Below are positions 53,301-62,348 of a DNA stretch of 64,000 nt, in pieces (position 1 is the stretch's first letter; the number at the start of each line of letters is the position of its first letter). Position numbers and translations under genes: made by a program. The stretch is from Histomonas meleagridis 2922-C6/04-290x (lineage: Eukaryota > Protista > Parabasalia). The notes beneath the pieces were generated by a model. The model searched no databases, was not told where the DNA came from, and worked only from the letters and a program-made list of their open reading frames with translations. The stretch is from NCBI GenBank assembly GCA_020184695.1, contig JAANOX010000048.1, forward strand, positions 1 to 64,000, given 5' to 3'.

Positions 53301-54539
53301 AATACTTTCATGCAAATAACTTCTGAAACTATAAATCTTTGTAAACTTCAAACTACAAATACAAGTCGAACATCCAAAATAATGGATTCTAATAAAGCAT
53401 GTCCGAAACTTAAGAATAGTTTCAACCAAGAAACGCCTATTTTAATGCCTCTTTCAACAACTTTAATGTTTGGAATAAGCCGATCAATAAATAAAACGAC
53501 AGAAATATATATAAATGGAATGTCGAACAATGTAAATGTCTTAAATTCATTACAAAAGCCAAAGAAAATCGAATTGATTGGTTCCAATGGTAAAAATTAT
53601 CATTACTTATGTAAGAAAGATGATGACTTACGTAAGGACATGCGAATGATGGAATTTGCGACTTTCATCAACCTAATTTTACGTGGCGATCGTCGATCTC
53701 GTCAACGTAATTTATCGATAGTTACATATGCAGTCATATGTTTAAATGAACGTTGCGGAATGATCGAATGGGTTGAACATACAACTTGTTTTCGAAGTGT
53801 TGTTGAATCGATATATCATGAATTACATATTCGAGTTGAGCCGGAAACTATAAAAAGATTACAAATGTATGAAAATAATCGGAAAGATCCAAAAGCGAAT
53901 TCTAAGAAACAACAATTCTTTAAAGAACAAGTTTTACCAAAACTACCGCCAGTATCACATATATGGTTTTGTACAAACTTTAGAGACGTTTCGAAGTGGT
54001 TTAAGGCACAAATTTTGTACTCAAGATCAACTGCTGTTTGGTCAATGGTTGGACATATTGTTGGTTTAGGAGATCGACATTCCGAAAATATTTTAATCAA
54101 TCAAGAAACTGGCGGATGTGTCCACGTCGATTTTAATTGTATTTTCGATAGAGCAAAAACTTTGCCGGTTCCGGAATGTGTTCCTTTTAGATTGACAAGA
54201 AATATCGTAGATGCAATGGGGGTTTTAGGAACTAATGGAGTGTTTACAGTATCATCTAAAATAGTTTTGGAGGTGCTAAGAGCAAAAAGACAGAAACTTG
54301 TGTCCGTTCTACAGCCTTTTATACATGATCCTTTGTTGGAATGGAAAAAAGTGAATAAAGAAACAACAGTGGCTACAGCCAAAATGACCCTAAAGGAAAT
54401 AGAAAGAAGATTGGCTGGTCTGGCTGATGATAGATCAACCATATTATCTGCTGAAAGCGTGGTAAAGGAATTGATTAAAAAGGCAAAAGACCCGGATAAT
54501 TTGGCGCTTATGTTTACTGGGTGGCAACCATTTTACTAA
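47361..54539 (+). CDS. ATR: ATR/Mec1-like PIKK kinase
   Basis: 2392 aa; HEAT and FAT regions; SLQKPKKI, KKDDDLRKDMRMMEF, GLGDRHSENIL, VHVDFNCIFD, VPFRLTRN, FIHDPLLEW; FATC ending MFTGWQPFY. Confidence 0.9.
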   Translation: MSERDELCRDIKCLLDGFQIEFSLLDHEKIIDALLSMEQKYSPYQGHEDMLNNCLGMMFNYGIRKSIDLMNMKTERSYPIGKKFMKMITIFVSFYNSHDKDLYIKSLINIITDSLDEKPIRLPSINLRDEKKFSSTEIFSHLGSTKFLIQVLISILSQHIFNDVSLLFVIFKCLQNENIDIQYLGLKCLSRINFYSTQINFQEIRVLIECLKTNLIGVYEVYPKSDKFWSLSFNNSIRYLFKYIQILIGKELFSIISVITFISDLPQTTKTIFQLIDQFLTNDKSSYDMSMTIFNKIFPFFYHSEEFIKICKEISLYEPNFINKLLKSYSNDIKYIISLSKIIDIEQIHIFNNHFNNIDPNYIYPLVSAYKKENMPKQLKIYIKESIMNIPPMVNYIKPLLSFAFDEILSQIIRYHPRDVLYILKLIKEIKEWNQIQNSFKEQIISYALNSESLELISFVALYSLQYNTFKDIIKTNSSIINSYESKSFIQVLPKIFNENYKELIPNNLIIELFKLSKFKAINNIIQRSEFWNIFLEQYFQIFEEFDDYLVANALYFLKNYPKLREVIILNKFYVVRRIFNLIKDDDNLKISNRNRKIRYCSMCRDHFFKDLFGLDQIKYSLIPVLISEGNINLLNDFSNLLLNLNQNLIQRLKSTIDNLISQVETRIDFLNLLMELNNNLSNLLKITNNDLSNLLKFKIDQKIILTFLNDLHKKIFDILKTNSDFFEFSKTTNFEFLSLFKDLNQKISTVLNLISESSIETTTEENGNNYKQIDIILLKLLITTINDASELSKVTVNDLVRDCSSEIFTYLFGYVPRNIATTGIITLNKLKINPNDLHYGHTLLKESKCLAEVSSQVFLLLGHPSREIRIQALKGVGILGSLHEALNIFKIESVPPEKKTQVLYSKLWEKHFLNTILKFSIILGNKNKQICFKLMIVKSLLFSIKSNYFENLIDIFFPKLTSCIDIAIQYPELREKCLKFWISFIQAIKTPNTLTRLFGHIISQVIQFYDSFPKHVTEILKLLIFNNAKITKDYFYEIVNLPFFYEHSELNIFLNELKKESSEKDWKQQINQLYLQIEQASPSLRHLILIQIHILLKHNLNELETEFLNKLFDSLWKLVLHETNNLNLILCGQCMGLILTFIKDLNPPEEEVIDKNNSNQIIHKLIVDYLVNILEDSSSISNHDHAAYAIQELLKLLGCNNDDSENWNLFPDSVKTVINPFRKSAFIAEMIHPLETDYKPIAFNNGINSFNIWLPSFTNALLSVIVTDKTNKFNKIFLCCDKALKDSQSINKFILPFLIANNYTNELFLNALHIEWEAIYNKLTSKERNNWNSDIIFAREAISLFFSLFSSLAKWNITPGYNKLRVNWSTLNISDDYNFAIAAYECKLYYHSLQHLELYIFNNKIEDPTENPQTRDLLYSIYMHIDQDSLEAFHESQNNQNVYNNDEDYSSKEIQIFFNDNDNTNNKIQFVKQLMRSGRYERALSDSLSLKKKFPFNENLNVIIVNSAIRLSRWDVLSNLYDHNQENNIINQKQHISFQKKFDISIGKLLLHLKNNKIDLFQKQLHISRECLFPMLKNNSSISYDKLTSILALYKLLDEIEDLQISKTLPNTWNQWTSQTSLNIDVIEQITSIRCSLISIYAEKSKVNSLISQQWLFLSKISRKSNFLFQAEMFCTRAIQFSSDEFQRSICIYELSKILFAKPKNGIQALSLLQQNEQKNSTNSLYPKILYKRAKYMIDLNTSNSNEIIEILNKVIEKQIEFNNNSGKAYFTLANLADQRVISYIRYLEQTSSDPSSIHTRNRTSSTKFWNSSTLPGYVTDFFKEQIPLALKNYIEAITHSPQYSYEIIPRILELFFDIGKYFTPDSKFELINAQQKETVLEALKLSMKMENLKKVSSIVWINSITQLISRIEHPDVLKNVLFKLLRICCEDFLQQSLWHLMTLCQSESNTRRSQFNIFWEYVQSDLEAKIGNNVTTIYNTFMQITSETINLCKLQTTNTSRTSKIMDSNKACPKLKNSFNQETPILMPLSTTLMFGISRSINKTTEIYINGMSNNVNVLNSLQKPKKIELIGSNGKNYHYLCKKDDDLRKDMRMMEFATFINLILRGDRRSRQRNLSIVTYAVICLNERCGMIEWVEHTTCFRSVVESIYHELHIRVEPETIKRLQMYENNRKDPKANSKKQQFFKEQVLPKLPPVSHIWFCTNFRDVSKWFKAQILYSRSTAVWSMVGHIVGLGDRHSENILINQETGGCVHVDFNCIFDRAKTLPVPECVPFRLTRNIVDAMGVLGTNGVFTVSSKIVLEVLRAKRQKLVSVLQPFIHDPLLEWKKVNKETTVATAKMTLKEIERRLAGLADDRSTILSAESVVKELIKKAKDPDNLALMFTGWQPFY

Positions 54540-54664
54540 ATAAAAAACTTTGTTTGTAATGAAAATTATTTAAAATTTGGTTTTTGCATCTGTTTGTTTT
54601 GATTAGGGCGACAAAATTATTTTCAATCAATTTTAAATGACATTTTATTTTTTTTAATTTAGAA

Positions 54665-55609
54665 ATGAAAAAAATTGCAGTTCACTCAGAATCTTTTCAC
54701 GCTGATGATGCAATATCTGTTTACTTACTTAAACATACAGCAGAATTTAAAGATGCTGAAATTATTAGAACAAGAGATATGAATATCATTAATCAATGTG
54801 ATGCAGCTGCTGATGTTGGTTGTGAATATGATCATGAAAAACGTCGTTACGATCATCATCAGCAAGGTTTTGATGTTAAATTCCCTGGAAGTAATATACG
54901 ATGTGCTGCTGCTGGTCTTGTATACATTCATTTTGGAAAAGAAGTACTTCAAAATCTTATTCAAAAATTTAATCTTGATGTAGGTAATTATTTTGACTTT
55001 GTTTATAATGCTATGTATTATAATTTTATTCAAGAAATTGATGCAATTGATAATGGAATTTCAATCGTTGATGAACAAACAGACAAATCCTACAACATAT
55101 CTAGCGATATATCCTCTAGAGTTGCTATATTAAATCCACATTGGAGAACACCAAATCCAAATCCGGATTTACAATTTACAAAAGCAATTCAACTTGTTGG
55201 TGACGAATTTGAAACCTTGCTTAAACATGTTGTTAAACATTGGATAGAAGGCTTTGCAACATTTAAAGAAGCATATGAAAATCGATTTAATTATGATAAA
55301 TCAGGAAAAATTATTTTTCTTCCGAATCAACCTTTTGTTCATTATTTCCTTCGTGAGTTTGGAGATGACTTCGAAGGAGTATTCTTTGTTGCCCAAAATA
55401 ATAAAGGATGTAGTGTCAAATCGATTCCATACTTTAATCAACCTTTTAAATATAGAAAATATCTTCCATTTGCTGGTGAAGACCCGAAAGAAATCGAAAA
55501 GAAAACAAATACTCATGGAGTATTGTTTTCTCATAAGTCAGGATTTCTAATTGTGTATTCAAGTGAAGAAGAAGCACATAAATTTGCTAAGTTCGCATTA
55601 GAAAACTAG
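54665..55609 (+). CDS. MYG1: MYG1 (UPF0160) DHH-like exonuclease
   Basis: HSESFHADD, IIRTRD, DVGCEYD...RYDHHQ, AAAGLVY.HFG, EIDAIDNG, HKSGF. Confidence 0.9.
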   Translation: MKKIAVHSESFHADDAISVYLLKHTAEFKDAEIIRTRDMNIINQCDAAADVGCEYDHEKRRYDHHQQGFDVKFPGSNIRCAAAGLVYIHFGKEVLQNLIQKFNLDVGNYFDFVYNAMYYNFIQEIDAIDNGISIVDEQTDKSYNISSDISSRVAILNPHWRTPNPNPDLQFTKAIQLVGDEFETLLKHVVKHWIEGFATFKEAYENRFNYDKSGKIIFLPNQPFVHYFLREFGDDFEGVFFVAQNNKGCSVKSIPYFNQPFKYRKYLPFAGEDPKEIEKKTNTHGVLFSHKSGFLIVYSSEEEAHKFAKFALEN

Positions 55610-56114
55610 TAAAAATTTATTGAGAAATAATAAAACAAGATCTCGATGTATTTTTATAAAAATATTTTTTGTGAAGAATATATTCATAAACGTTTTTCCA
55701 AATTGAAATTTACCGGCGTTTTAATTCATTATCCAGAAAATTTCCATAGAAAATATTATAAACAATTCAAAAATTTCAGTTTGATATGATATATTTAAAA
55801 ATTCAATGTATAATTGGCTCGTTGTTGTATTTTCTAATTTTAAAAAATCCAAATTTATTTCTTTATTCGAACCATAATAAATAAAATAATCAAGAATAGC
55901 TTATAAAATATTTTTTACATCTAAAAACATGATTTAAATCTTGTTTCTACATGAATCACGAAAATGAGATTTTGTTGAATGGATTCATCCATTTTGAAAT
56001 GTATTCAAAAAGCTCGTTAGTAGGCCACTTTTGTTTTTGACTCATTGAATTTTCAATATTTTATTTTACGTTTTGATTCTGTTATTAAAAGTTCGTTATT
56101 AACAAAAGCAAAGG

Positions 56115-59100
56115 ATGACCTGTCAAGACACAATCGAACTAAAAACCCTATCAGGAAAATTAAAATATTCCTCAATCCTACGCGTTCCATTCATCACCGT
56201 TTTTGCCGAAGAAATAAGTAAGATGAAAGCAAGAATCAATATTAAATGTTCATTCCACAAATCATTACACATAGTCTTTGCTTTCTTTAACATCCTCTTG
56301 TTTTTAGGTCCATCCTTTTTTGTTGAATCATCGATTATATGGGAAAGTGATTCGATTATTAGTCAGATTCTACGGATTTTTGGATATTTCTGGCAGTTTT
56401 ATTCAGGCTCAGTAAGACAGATTTGTTCCTTTATATACTTAATACTAATAATTCTTACAGAAATCCTAATTTTCATAAAAAATTTCAAATTTAAAATTGA
56501 ACAGATCATTGATACTAAGCAATCTCAAGCTATTCTTCTTCTGGAGAAGTTTATCTGTCCACTTTTATTTGTTCCATCATGTTCTTGTGTTTCTGATTTC
56601 ATTAGTATAATTATGAATAACAATATTCAAGTTCTTCCAATCATCAATATCATACTTTTTGTCATTGTTTTATTAATATATCCATATGGTTATTATATTA
56701 TTTCCACACGACTTTTAGTTGAAGATAATCCAATTCATGAATGGTCCCCAGAGCATAATCTTATCTGGTTATTTTCATGCGGAGTCTTATCCATCCTTAG
56801 CTCTACCATTAATTTTGGCAAACAATGGCATTTTTCCAATCTCATAATAGGAGCGGTAATATATATTGCATTAGGAATTTATTTTTATTATCTTTCACCA
56901 TTTCTCAAGCGGCGGATGTCACTAACATATTCTGCTATCTCATTTACCGGATTTATTTTAACATTATCTGAATTATTATGTGTTGTTATCAAACCTATAG
57001 ATTCAGGAATATTTATACTATTAGCACTCATAGCGTTTATAGCCTTCTTTTTATTGTTAACATTAATACAAAAATATCATTTACGAAGTATCTTAACAAT
57101 ATTTTCAAGATGTGAAAATGACCCAACTAATGAAGAACAAATATTAATGGAGAAATGGAAATCGCCGAATTTATTTGCAGCAGCAGTTCGAAATTGTTTT
57201 GATGTCTTTGATCCATATTTATTATCATGGAAACCATTTAGTATATATTTACAACGCTTTCCAGAGAATCATCAATTATGTTATTTATGTTGTCGAATTA
57301 ATTCATTATTTCCTAAGCAAACTGAATTCTTTCGATGGCTTATTTCTCATTTTGAAGATTTAAAGCCGACATCAATTCGTTCCACATTTTTATATCAATT
57401 ATTATATTTATCATATTCAAGAATTAATGAAACGACACCATTAATCTTTTCTAAATTTGAGAAAGCAAATAAAATGTCGAATCATATTCAAGCATTACAA
57501 CGACGATTTTGGGAGAAATTATTACAGAAATCACTTGGAAGTTTTTGGTCATCTGTTTCATCATTAACTAATTCAACTGATAAATTAAATGTTGAATATC
57601 AACAATTATTAGAAGCATATCCTAATAACAAAGATATTGTCAAGAAATATTGTAATTTCTTATATGAAATTAAAGCAGATATAGAAGGATTTAATTATTG
57701 GAGTCATCGATATCGACAAATGCAAATGGGGAAGAAGTTAAATATTGATCCAGCATTAGAAAGAGCATTACCATTTTTACCTGAATTACAACAAATATGT
57801 GATGATGCAGTAGGTGATGTATCTAAGACTACAATGATTAGTATATCTATAGATGAAGATGTATCTTCTTCAGGGAATCAATTAAAGACAAGTTTCCAAC
57901 AAATTATATCAAAGAGTAAATTCGGTGAACATAAATGTAATATGTTTATAATAATATTAGGTACATTAATATCATTAATCTTCTTTATAATATTAGTAAT
58001 TACTTTCCAACAAAATTATATTGATAATTTTACTAATTCTGGTACATTTATATTTAATTTTAATCAATTAATTTTAGATTTCGTTCGTACATCAGAAATT
58101 ATTTCATTATATCCATTATTTAATAGTGGAATTAAAGAATTTACTCCAACAGATGAAATATTTCAAACTATAGTTAGTCCAATTTTATATAATAGTAATC
58201 GAATTCCTAAATGGAATTATAACAAAACTATAGTTGTGAATGAAATATCAAATTTAAGAGAAACTTTAAATAACTTTGATAGTATCTTTGATAATTTAGG
58301 ATCATCAGATGAATTTAATTTGATTTATGAACGAATATATGTAACACCTTATAAAGATAATCAAAATATATTAAATTATTTAAGGAATACATTATTAACA
58401 TTTACAAATTTAATTGAATTAAGTTCAAATGACTTTTTATCAGATTCACGATTTTTAGAATTTGATCAAGAAATGGATGATTTCTCTAATAATATTGTTA
58501 ATATATCTGAAGATTTATATAATATAATTATCTCAAATCTTAGTTCTAAGAATCAAACAATTAATATCTTTTTAATTATAATATTTTTAGTCGTATTTGT
58601 ATTAATTGAAATTCCTTGTATCTTTCGACATTTATCAAATACAATTGAATCATCAGCAATATGTAATGCATTTGCTTCTATACCTAATTCATCAATTCAT
58701 GACTTATTATTAAAATATGATAATTCTAAGAAATCTAAGAATGAAGGTGAGAATGAAAATAAAGGTCGTGAAATAATATTAAATATGCGACGTAAAGATA
58801 AAAGTACAACAGAAATATCATTATTATTTATATTTAATATGTTATTTATCTTAATTGGTTCATTAATAGTTTATTTCTTTACTTATATAATACCTGATGA
58901 AACTACATTAAATTTACATAGAGCTTCTTATTTACATAGACCTTTCATTAATGAATATTTATCATTTTATAGAATGAGTCGTATTATAACTATTGATTCA
59001 TTTAATCCTTCTACACAAACAACAGAAATTCAAGAAATGCGTAAACTTGAAATTGACTATTTTACAACTGATTGTACCTCATTCAAGACGAATGTAACGT

Positions 59101-60725
59101 ATTCAATTTGGGGTGATTTATCATTAGCAGAATGTTTATTTAAATCGAATGAAGAAATTGATTATTATGAAGATTTAATCCCTTATGTAATGGATATATC
59201 GAGTGAAGTAGCGCCACATTTAACTACATTTGAAGAACTTGCTACACATGATTTCTTATTTTCATTGGATTTATTATTAACGGCATTAAATTCATTTGCT
59301 ACTGAATCAGAAAATAATTTAGTACCATTAAATACTTATACTAATTCATGGCAATATATATATTATTTCATCCAATTTTTAGATGAAGAACGTAATGATA
59401 AATTTATTAATATAGTTATTAATCAAGTATATTCATCATTTAATCATTATCAAAGTATATCGATTATATTATTAATTATAGTAATTATAGCACAATTAAT
59501 AATATTATTAATTACTTTATATTATTTCCATTCGAAAACTAAATATATTAAGAATTCATTATATTTCTTATTATTCTTTGAACCACAAGAAATTTTAGAA
59601 CTTAAAGCTATTTCTGACTTATTAAATTCGATTGTTGAAACAGATACTAAAATTCATGAATCATTTGAAAATGCTGAACGAATATTAGAAAGATTATCAG
59701 AGCCAATTACATTACTTGATAACAACTTAATCTTTTTAGATACTAATTTAGCATTTACTGAATTAATTGGTAAAAACAAAGATGAAATTATAGGTAATTA
59801 TATCTCTGATATATTAATGAACATTACTAATGATCCAGATTCAAGTGAAAAGTTAATTATTAATATATTAGATTCTTTACGAGGTAATTCATTACCTTCT
59901 TTTGAAGAGAAATATGATTTGAAAATGCCGAATAATGAAATCAAAACGATATTAATTAATGTAATCTTAATTACGCCAATAGGTAAAGCTACTGAATCAA
60001 TGTTAGATCAAGTAAATTCTATTGCATTAATATTAACTGATTTAACTCAACAATTACAACGTGAAAAACTTTATGAAGAAGAACACCAAAAACTTACACA
60101 AATCTTAACAAGTATTTTACCTTTGAACATAGTACAACAATTACAAAATGGTATAAAATCAATTTCATTCTCTGTACAATCTGGTACTTTTGGATATATA
60201 CAAATGTCTTTAGGTCATATATTAGGTGATAATGATATATCTCAAAGATTTACTTTAATGAATTCGATATATTCATATTTCGATAAATATATTCAAGAAT
60301 TCCCATTATTAACGAAAATTAGAATTATGTCAAATGTATATTCGTATGCTGGCGGTATATTCGGTACTGTAAATAAACCTGAGAAACATGCAGAAGAGGC
60401 AATAAGATTCGCGTTGAAGTTAATACAAGAAATTGAGTACATATCAAAAGAAGTGGGAGCTACAATACAACTGAAAGTAGGTATTAACACAGGAGGACCA
60501 GTGTTCGGTGGTATTGTGTCATTGGATTCGCCGCAGTTTCAATTGGTAGGACCTGCAACAGAAGTCGCACATCAAATGATGCTGAAGTCTTTGCCTTCGA
60601 AAATACATATAACGAGATCAGTGTACGAACTTGTGTACGGATTTAACTTTAACGTGGTACAGAGAGGAGACGTAAAGATATCGAGAAATAGAACGGTGTC
60701 AACTTATATTATTTCTTTGAATTGA
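56115..60725 (+). CDS. Transmembrane adenylate/guanylate cyclase-like protein with PAS domain
   Basis: Multiple N-terminal TMs, a PAS-like region (DTNLAFTELIG...IIG), and LTSILP..IV..L...GINTGGPV.GGIV....PQFQLVGP....A..M...IHITRSVYELV. Typical trichomonad TM cyclase layout. Confidence 0.88.
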   Translation: MTCQDTIELKTLSGKLKYSSILRVPFITVFAEEISKMKARINIKCSFHKSLHIVFAFFNILLFLGPSFFVESSIIWESDSIISQILRIFGYFWQFYSGSVRQICSFIYLILIILTEILIFIKNFKFKIEQIIDTKQSQAILLLEKFICPLLFVPSCSCVSDFISIIMNNNIQVLPIINIILFVIVLLIYPYGYYIISTRLLVEDNPIHEWSPEHNLIWLFSCGVLSILSSTINFGKQWHFSNLIIGAVIYIALGIYFYYLSPFLKRRMSLTYSAISFTGFILTLSELLCVVIKPIDSGIFILLALIAFIAFFLLLTLIQKYHLRSILTIFSRCENDPTNEEQILMEKWKSPNLFAAAVRNCFDVFDPYLLSWKPFSIYLQRFPENHQLCYLCCRINSLFPKQTEFFRWLISHFEDLKPTSIRSTFLYQLLYLSYSRINETTPLIFSKFEKANKMSNHIQALQRRFWEKLLQKSLGSFWSSVSSLTNSTDKLNVEYQQLLEAYPNNKDIVKKYCNFLYEIKADIEGFNYWSHRYRQMQMGKKLNIDPALERALPFLPELQQICDDAVGDVSKTTMISISIDEDVSSSGNQLKTSFQQIISKSKFGEHKCNMFIIILGTLISLIFFIILVITFQQNYIDNFTNSGTFIFNFNQLILDFVRTSEIISLYPLFNSGIKEFTPTDEIFQTIVSPILYNSNRIPKWNYNKTIVVNEISNLRETLNNFDSIFDNLGSSDEFNLIYERIYVTPYKDNQNILNYLRNTLLTFTNLIELSSNDFLSDSRFLEFDQEMDDFSNNIVNISEDLYNIIISNLSSKNQTINIFLIIIFLVVFVLIEIPCIFRHLSNTIESSAICNAFASIPNSSIHDLLLKYDNSKKSKNEGENENKGREIILNMRRKDKSTTEISLLFIFNMLFILIGSLIVYFFTYIIPDETTLNLHRASYLHRPFINEYLSFYRMSRIITIDSFNPSTQTTEIQEMRKLEIDYFTTDCTSFKTNVTYSIWGDLSLAECLFKSNEEIDYYEDLIPYVMDISSEVAPHLTTFEELATHDFLFSLDLLLTALNSFATESENNLVPLNTYTNSWQYIYYFIQFLDEERNDKFINIVINQVYSSFNHYQSISIILLIIVIIAQLIILLITLYYFHSKTKYIKNSLYFLLFFEPQEILELKAISDLLNSIVETDTKIHESFENAERILERLSEPITLLDNNLIFLDTNLAFTELIGKNKDEIIGNYISDILMNITNDPDSSEKLIINILDSLRGNSLPSFEEKYDLKMPNNEIKTILINVILITPIGKATESMLDQVNSIALILTDLTQQLQREKLYEEEHQKLTQILTSILPLNIVQQLQNGIKSISFSVQSGTFGYIQMSLGHILGDNDISQRFTLMNSIYSYFDKYIQEFPLLTKIRIMSNVYSYAGGIFGTVNKPEKHAEEAIRFALKLIQEIEYISKEVGATIQLKVGINTGGPVFGGIVSLDSPQFQLVGPATEVAHQMMLKSLPSKIHITRSVYELVYGFNFNVVQRGDVKISRNRTVSTYIISLN

Positions 60726-60811
60726 ATTGTTTGATTAATAAATGATTTTATTATAATTTGGTGAAACATAAATCAGAAAAAATATATTTATGTGTCGAAG
60801 CTATTACGCGC

Positions 60812-61085
60812 TTTCAGGAGTGAACGATGTGTAAAGAATTTAATCTGCTATTACTAAGTTATCATATGATCATATGAAAACATATGTTTTCAAGAGTAAA
60901 CGTTGTGTAAAAAATGTTATCTGCTACCACGTTATCATATGTTTTCAAGAGTAAACGTTGTGTAAAGAATGTTATCGCTTTTGCTAAGCTAACACTTGTT
61001 TTCAAGAGTGAACGCTGTGTAAAGAATTTCATCTGCTATTACTAAGTTATCACTTGTTTGCATGAGCAGGCGCTGTGAAAACAAT
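60812..61085. repeat. Imperfect ~55-58-bp minisatellite, about 4.5 copies
   Basis: Unit TTTTCAAGAGTRAACGYTGTGTAAAGAAT...TGCTATTACTAAGTTATCA starting at about 60812, 60887, 60942, 60999 and 61057. Confidence 0.85.
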
Positions 61086-61359
61086 CAGCAAAATCAAGTA
61101 AAAATTAACATTGTGCTTCATTTCAAACTTTATATATAAACAAATGTTACTAATATTTCTATATCAATAAAGTTATTTCACTGATTTTTCAAATGTTGCT
61201 TCAAAGCTTTCTTCTTTATGAAGCATAATGTTGAATCGGTTACCAAACCAAAAATTCATTTACAATGCGATTCAGAAAAGAAATCATACGAAAACGTTTC
61301 TCTAGAAAACTCTTTGAATTTTACCAATGCAAAAAGATAATATCTGAAATTAATTTCGT

Positions 61360-62202
61360 TTACTGACGTGGTGGGAGACCAGCAGCTGCAAGACGTTCGT
61401 TGAGGAGTCTCTTGCGTTCTTCTGGTGAGAGCCTCTTTGCGTGTGGCTTCTTGAGTTGGTAATGTGTTGTTGCCTTTGGAGCTGGATCTGGGTTAGCGCG
61501 GATGGCCTTGTGTGCTTCGGTGTAAATCTTTTCGAGATTTTCTGGTGCGATGCCTTCTTTGATGTAGCGTGAGAATTGTCTCTTGTAGGCATCTTCGTTT
61601 TCGGACTTAAGTTTCTTCATGTAATCAGCAATGTGGCCACCGAGGATGAAGTACCTTTGCTTCTTTTCCTTTTCGCCACCAGCAATACGTGTGTCGCTAT
61701 GTGGAACAAATAATCCGCCATCAACAGCTCCTTTCATAACACCGAAAACACGTGCACCTGTGGTTGTACGACGAAGACCAACATCAAGGAGAACTTTGAA
61801 TGGACGGCGAGCATCTTCATCTTCTTCTTCTGGATTGACGGCTGTCTTGAAGATTTCGTCAAGGCCAAGCTTCTTGAGGAGTCTACGAGCAACAAGTAAA
61901 CCAGTGCAGTAAGCTGCTGGATAGTTAGCAAGACCAAGCTTGATTCCATACTTAACAAGTTCGGTGGATTGGGCTTGGGCCATTGTAACATCGTGGTCAA
62001 GTTCAGCATAAACAATTTGAGCGATGACCTTTGTATTTGTGATACGAGCAACAAGACGATATTTCTTAGCACCATACTTTGTCTTATCTTGTTGAATTAA
62101 TGATGAACGTTGAACATAATCAGTCTTGCATTCACGCCTCCTGCGGAATGGGGTTTGGTAACGTGAAAAGTAAGATGAGTTCTTGATGATCTTTGCAGAC
62201 AT
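61360..62202 (-). CDS. RPL5: 60S ribosomal protein L5 (uL18)
   Basis: YFSRYQTPFRRRRECKTDY, KYRLVARITN, LANYPAAYCTGLLVARR, LDVGLRRTTTGARVFGVMKGAVDGGL. Confidence 0.96.
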   Translation of the reverse strand: MSAKIIKNSSYFSRYQTPFRRRRECKTDYVQRSSLIQQDKTKYGAKKYRLVARITNTKVIAQIVYAELDHDVTMAQAQSTELVKYGIKLGLANYPAAYCTGLLVARRLLKKLGLDEIFKTAVNPEEEDEDARRPFKVLLDVGLRRTTTGARVFGVMKGAVDGGLFVPHSDTRIAGGEKEKKQRYFILGGHIADYMKKLKSENEDAYKRQFSRYIKEGIAPENLEKIYTEAHKAIRANPDPAPKATTHYQLKKPHAKRLSPEERKRLLNERLAAAGLPPRQ

Positions 62203-62348
62203 TGTGCAAAAAGGAGGAACACATCAAACCGCTGTCAAAACACGTGTGGCCATTTGTCACTTTTCTGCCTGTGAAATCATTTTAAGTGTGTTTGACCGCA
62301 TTAGCATGCAAAAAGTCAATTTCGTCGTCAAACAGCTTCACCAAAAGC

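Noticed and set aside
60812-61085. CRISPR-like array
   Set aside because: The units are homologous over their whole length, with no unique spacers, in a eukaryotic context with no cas genes.
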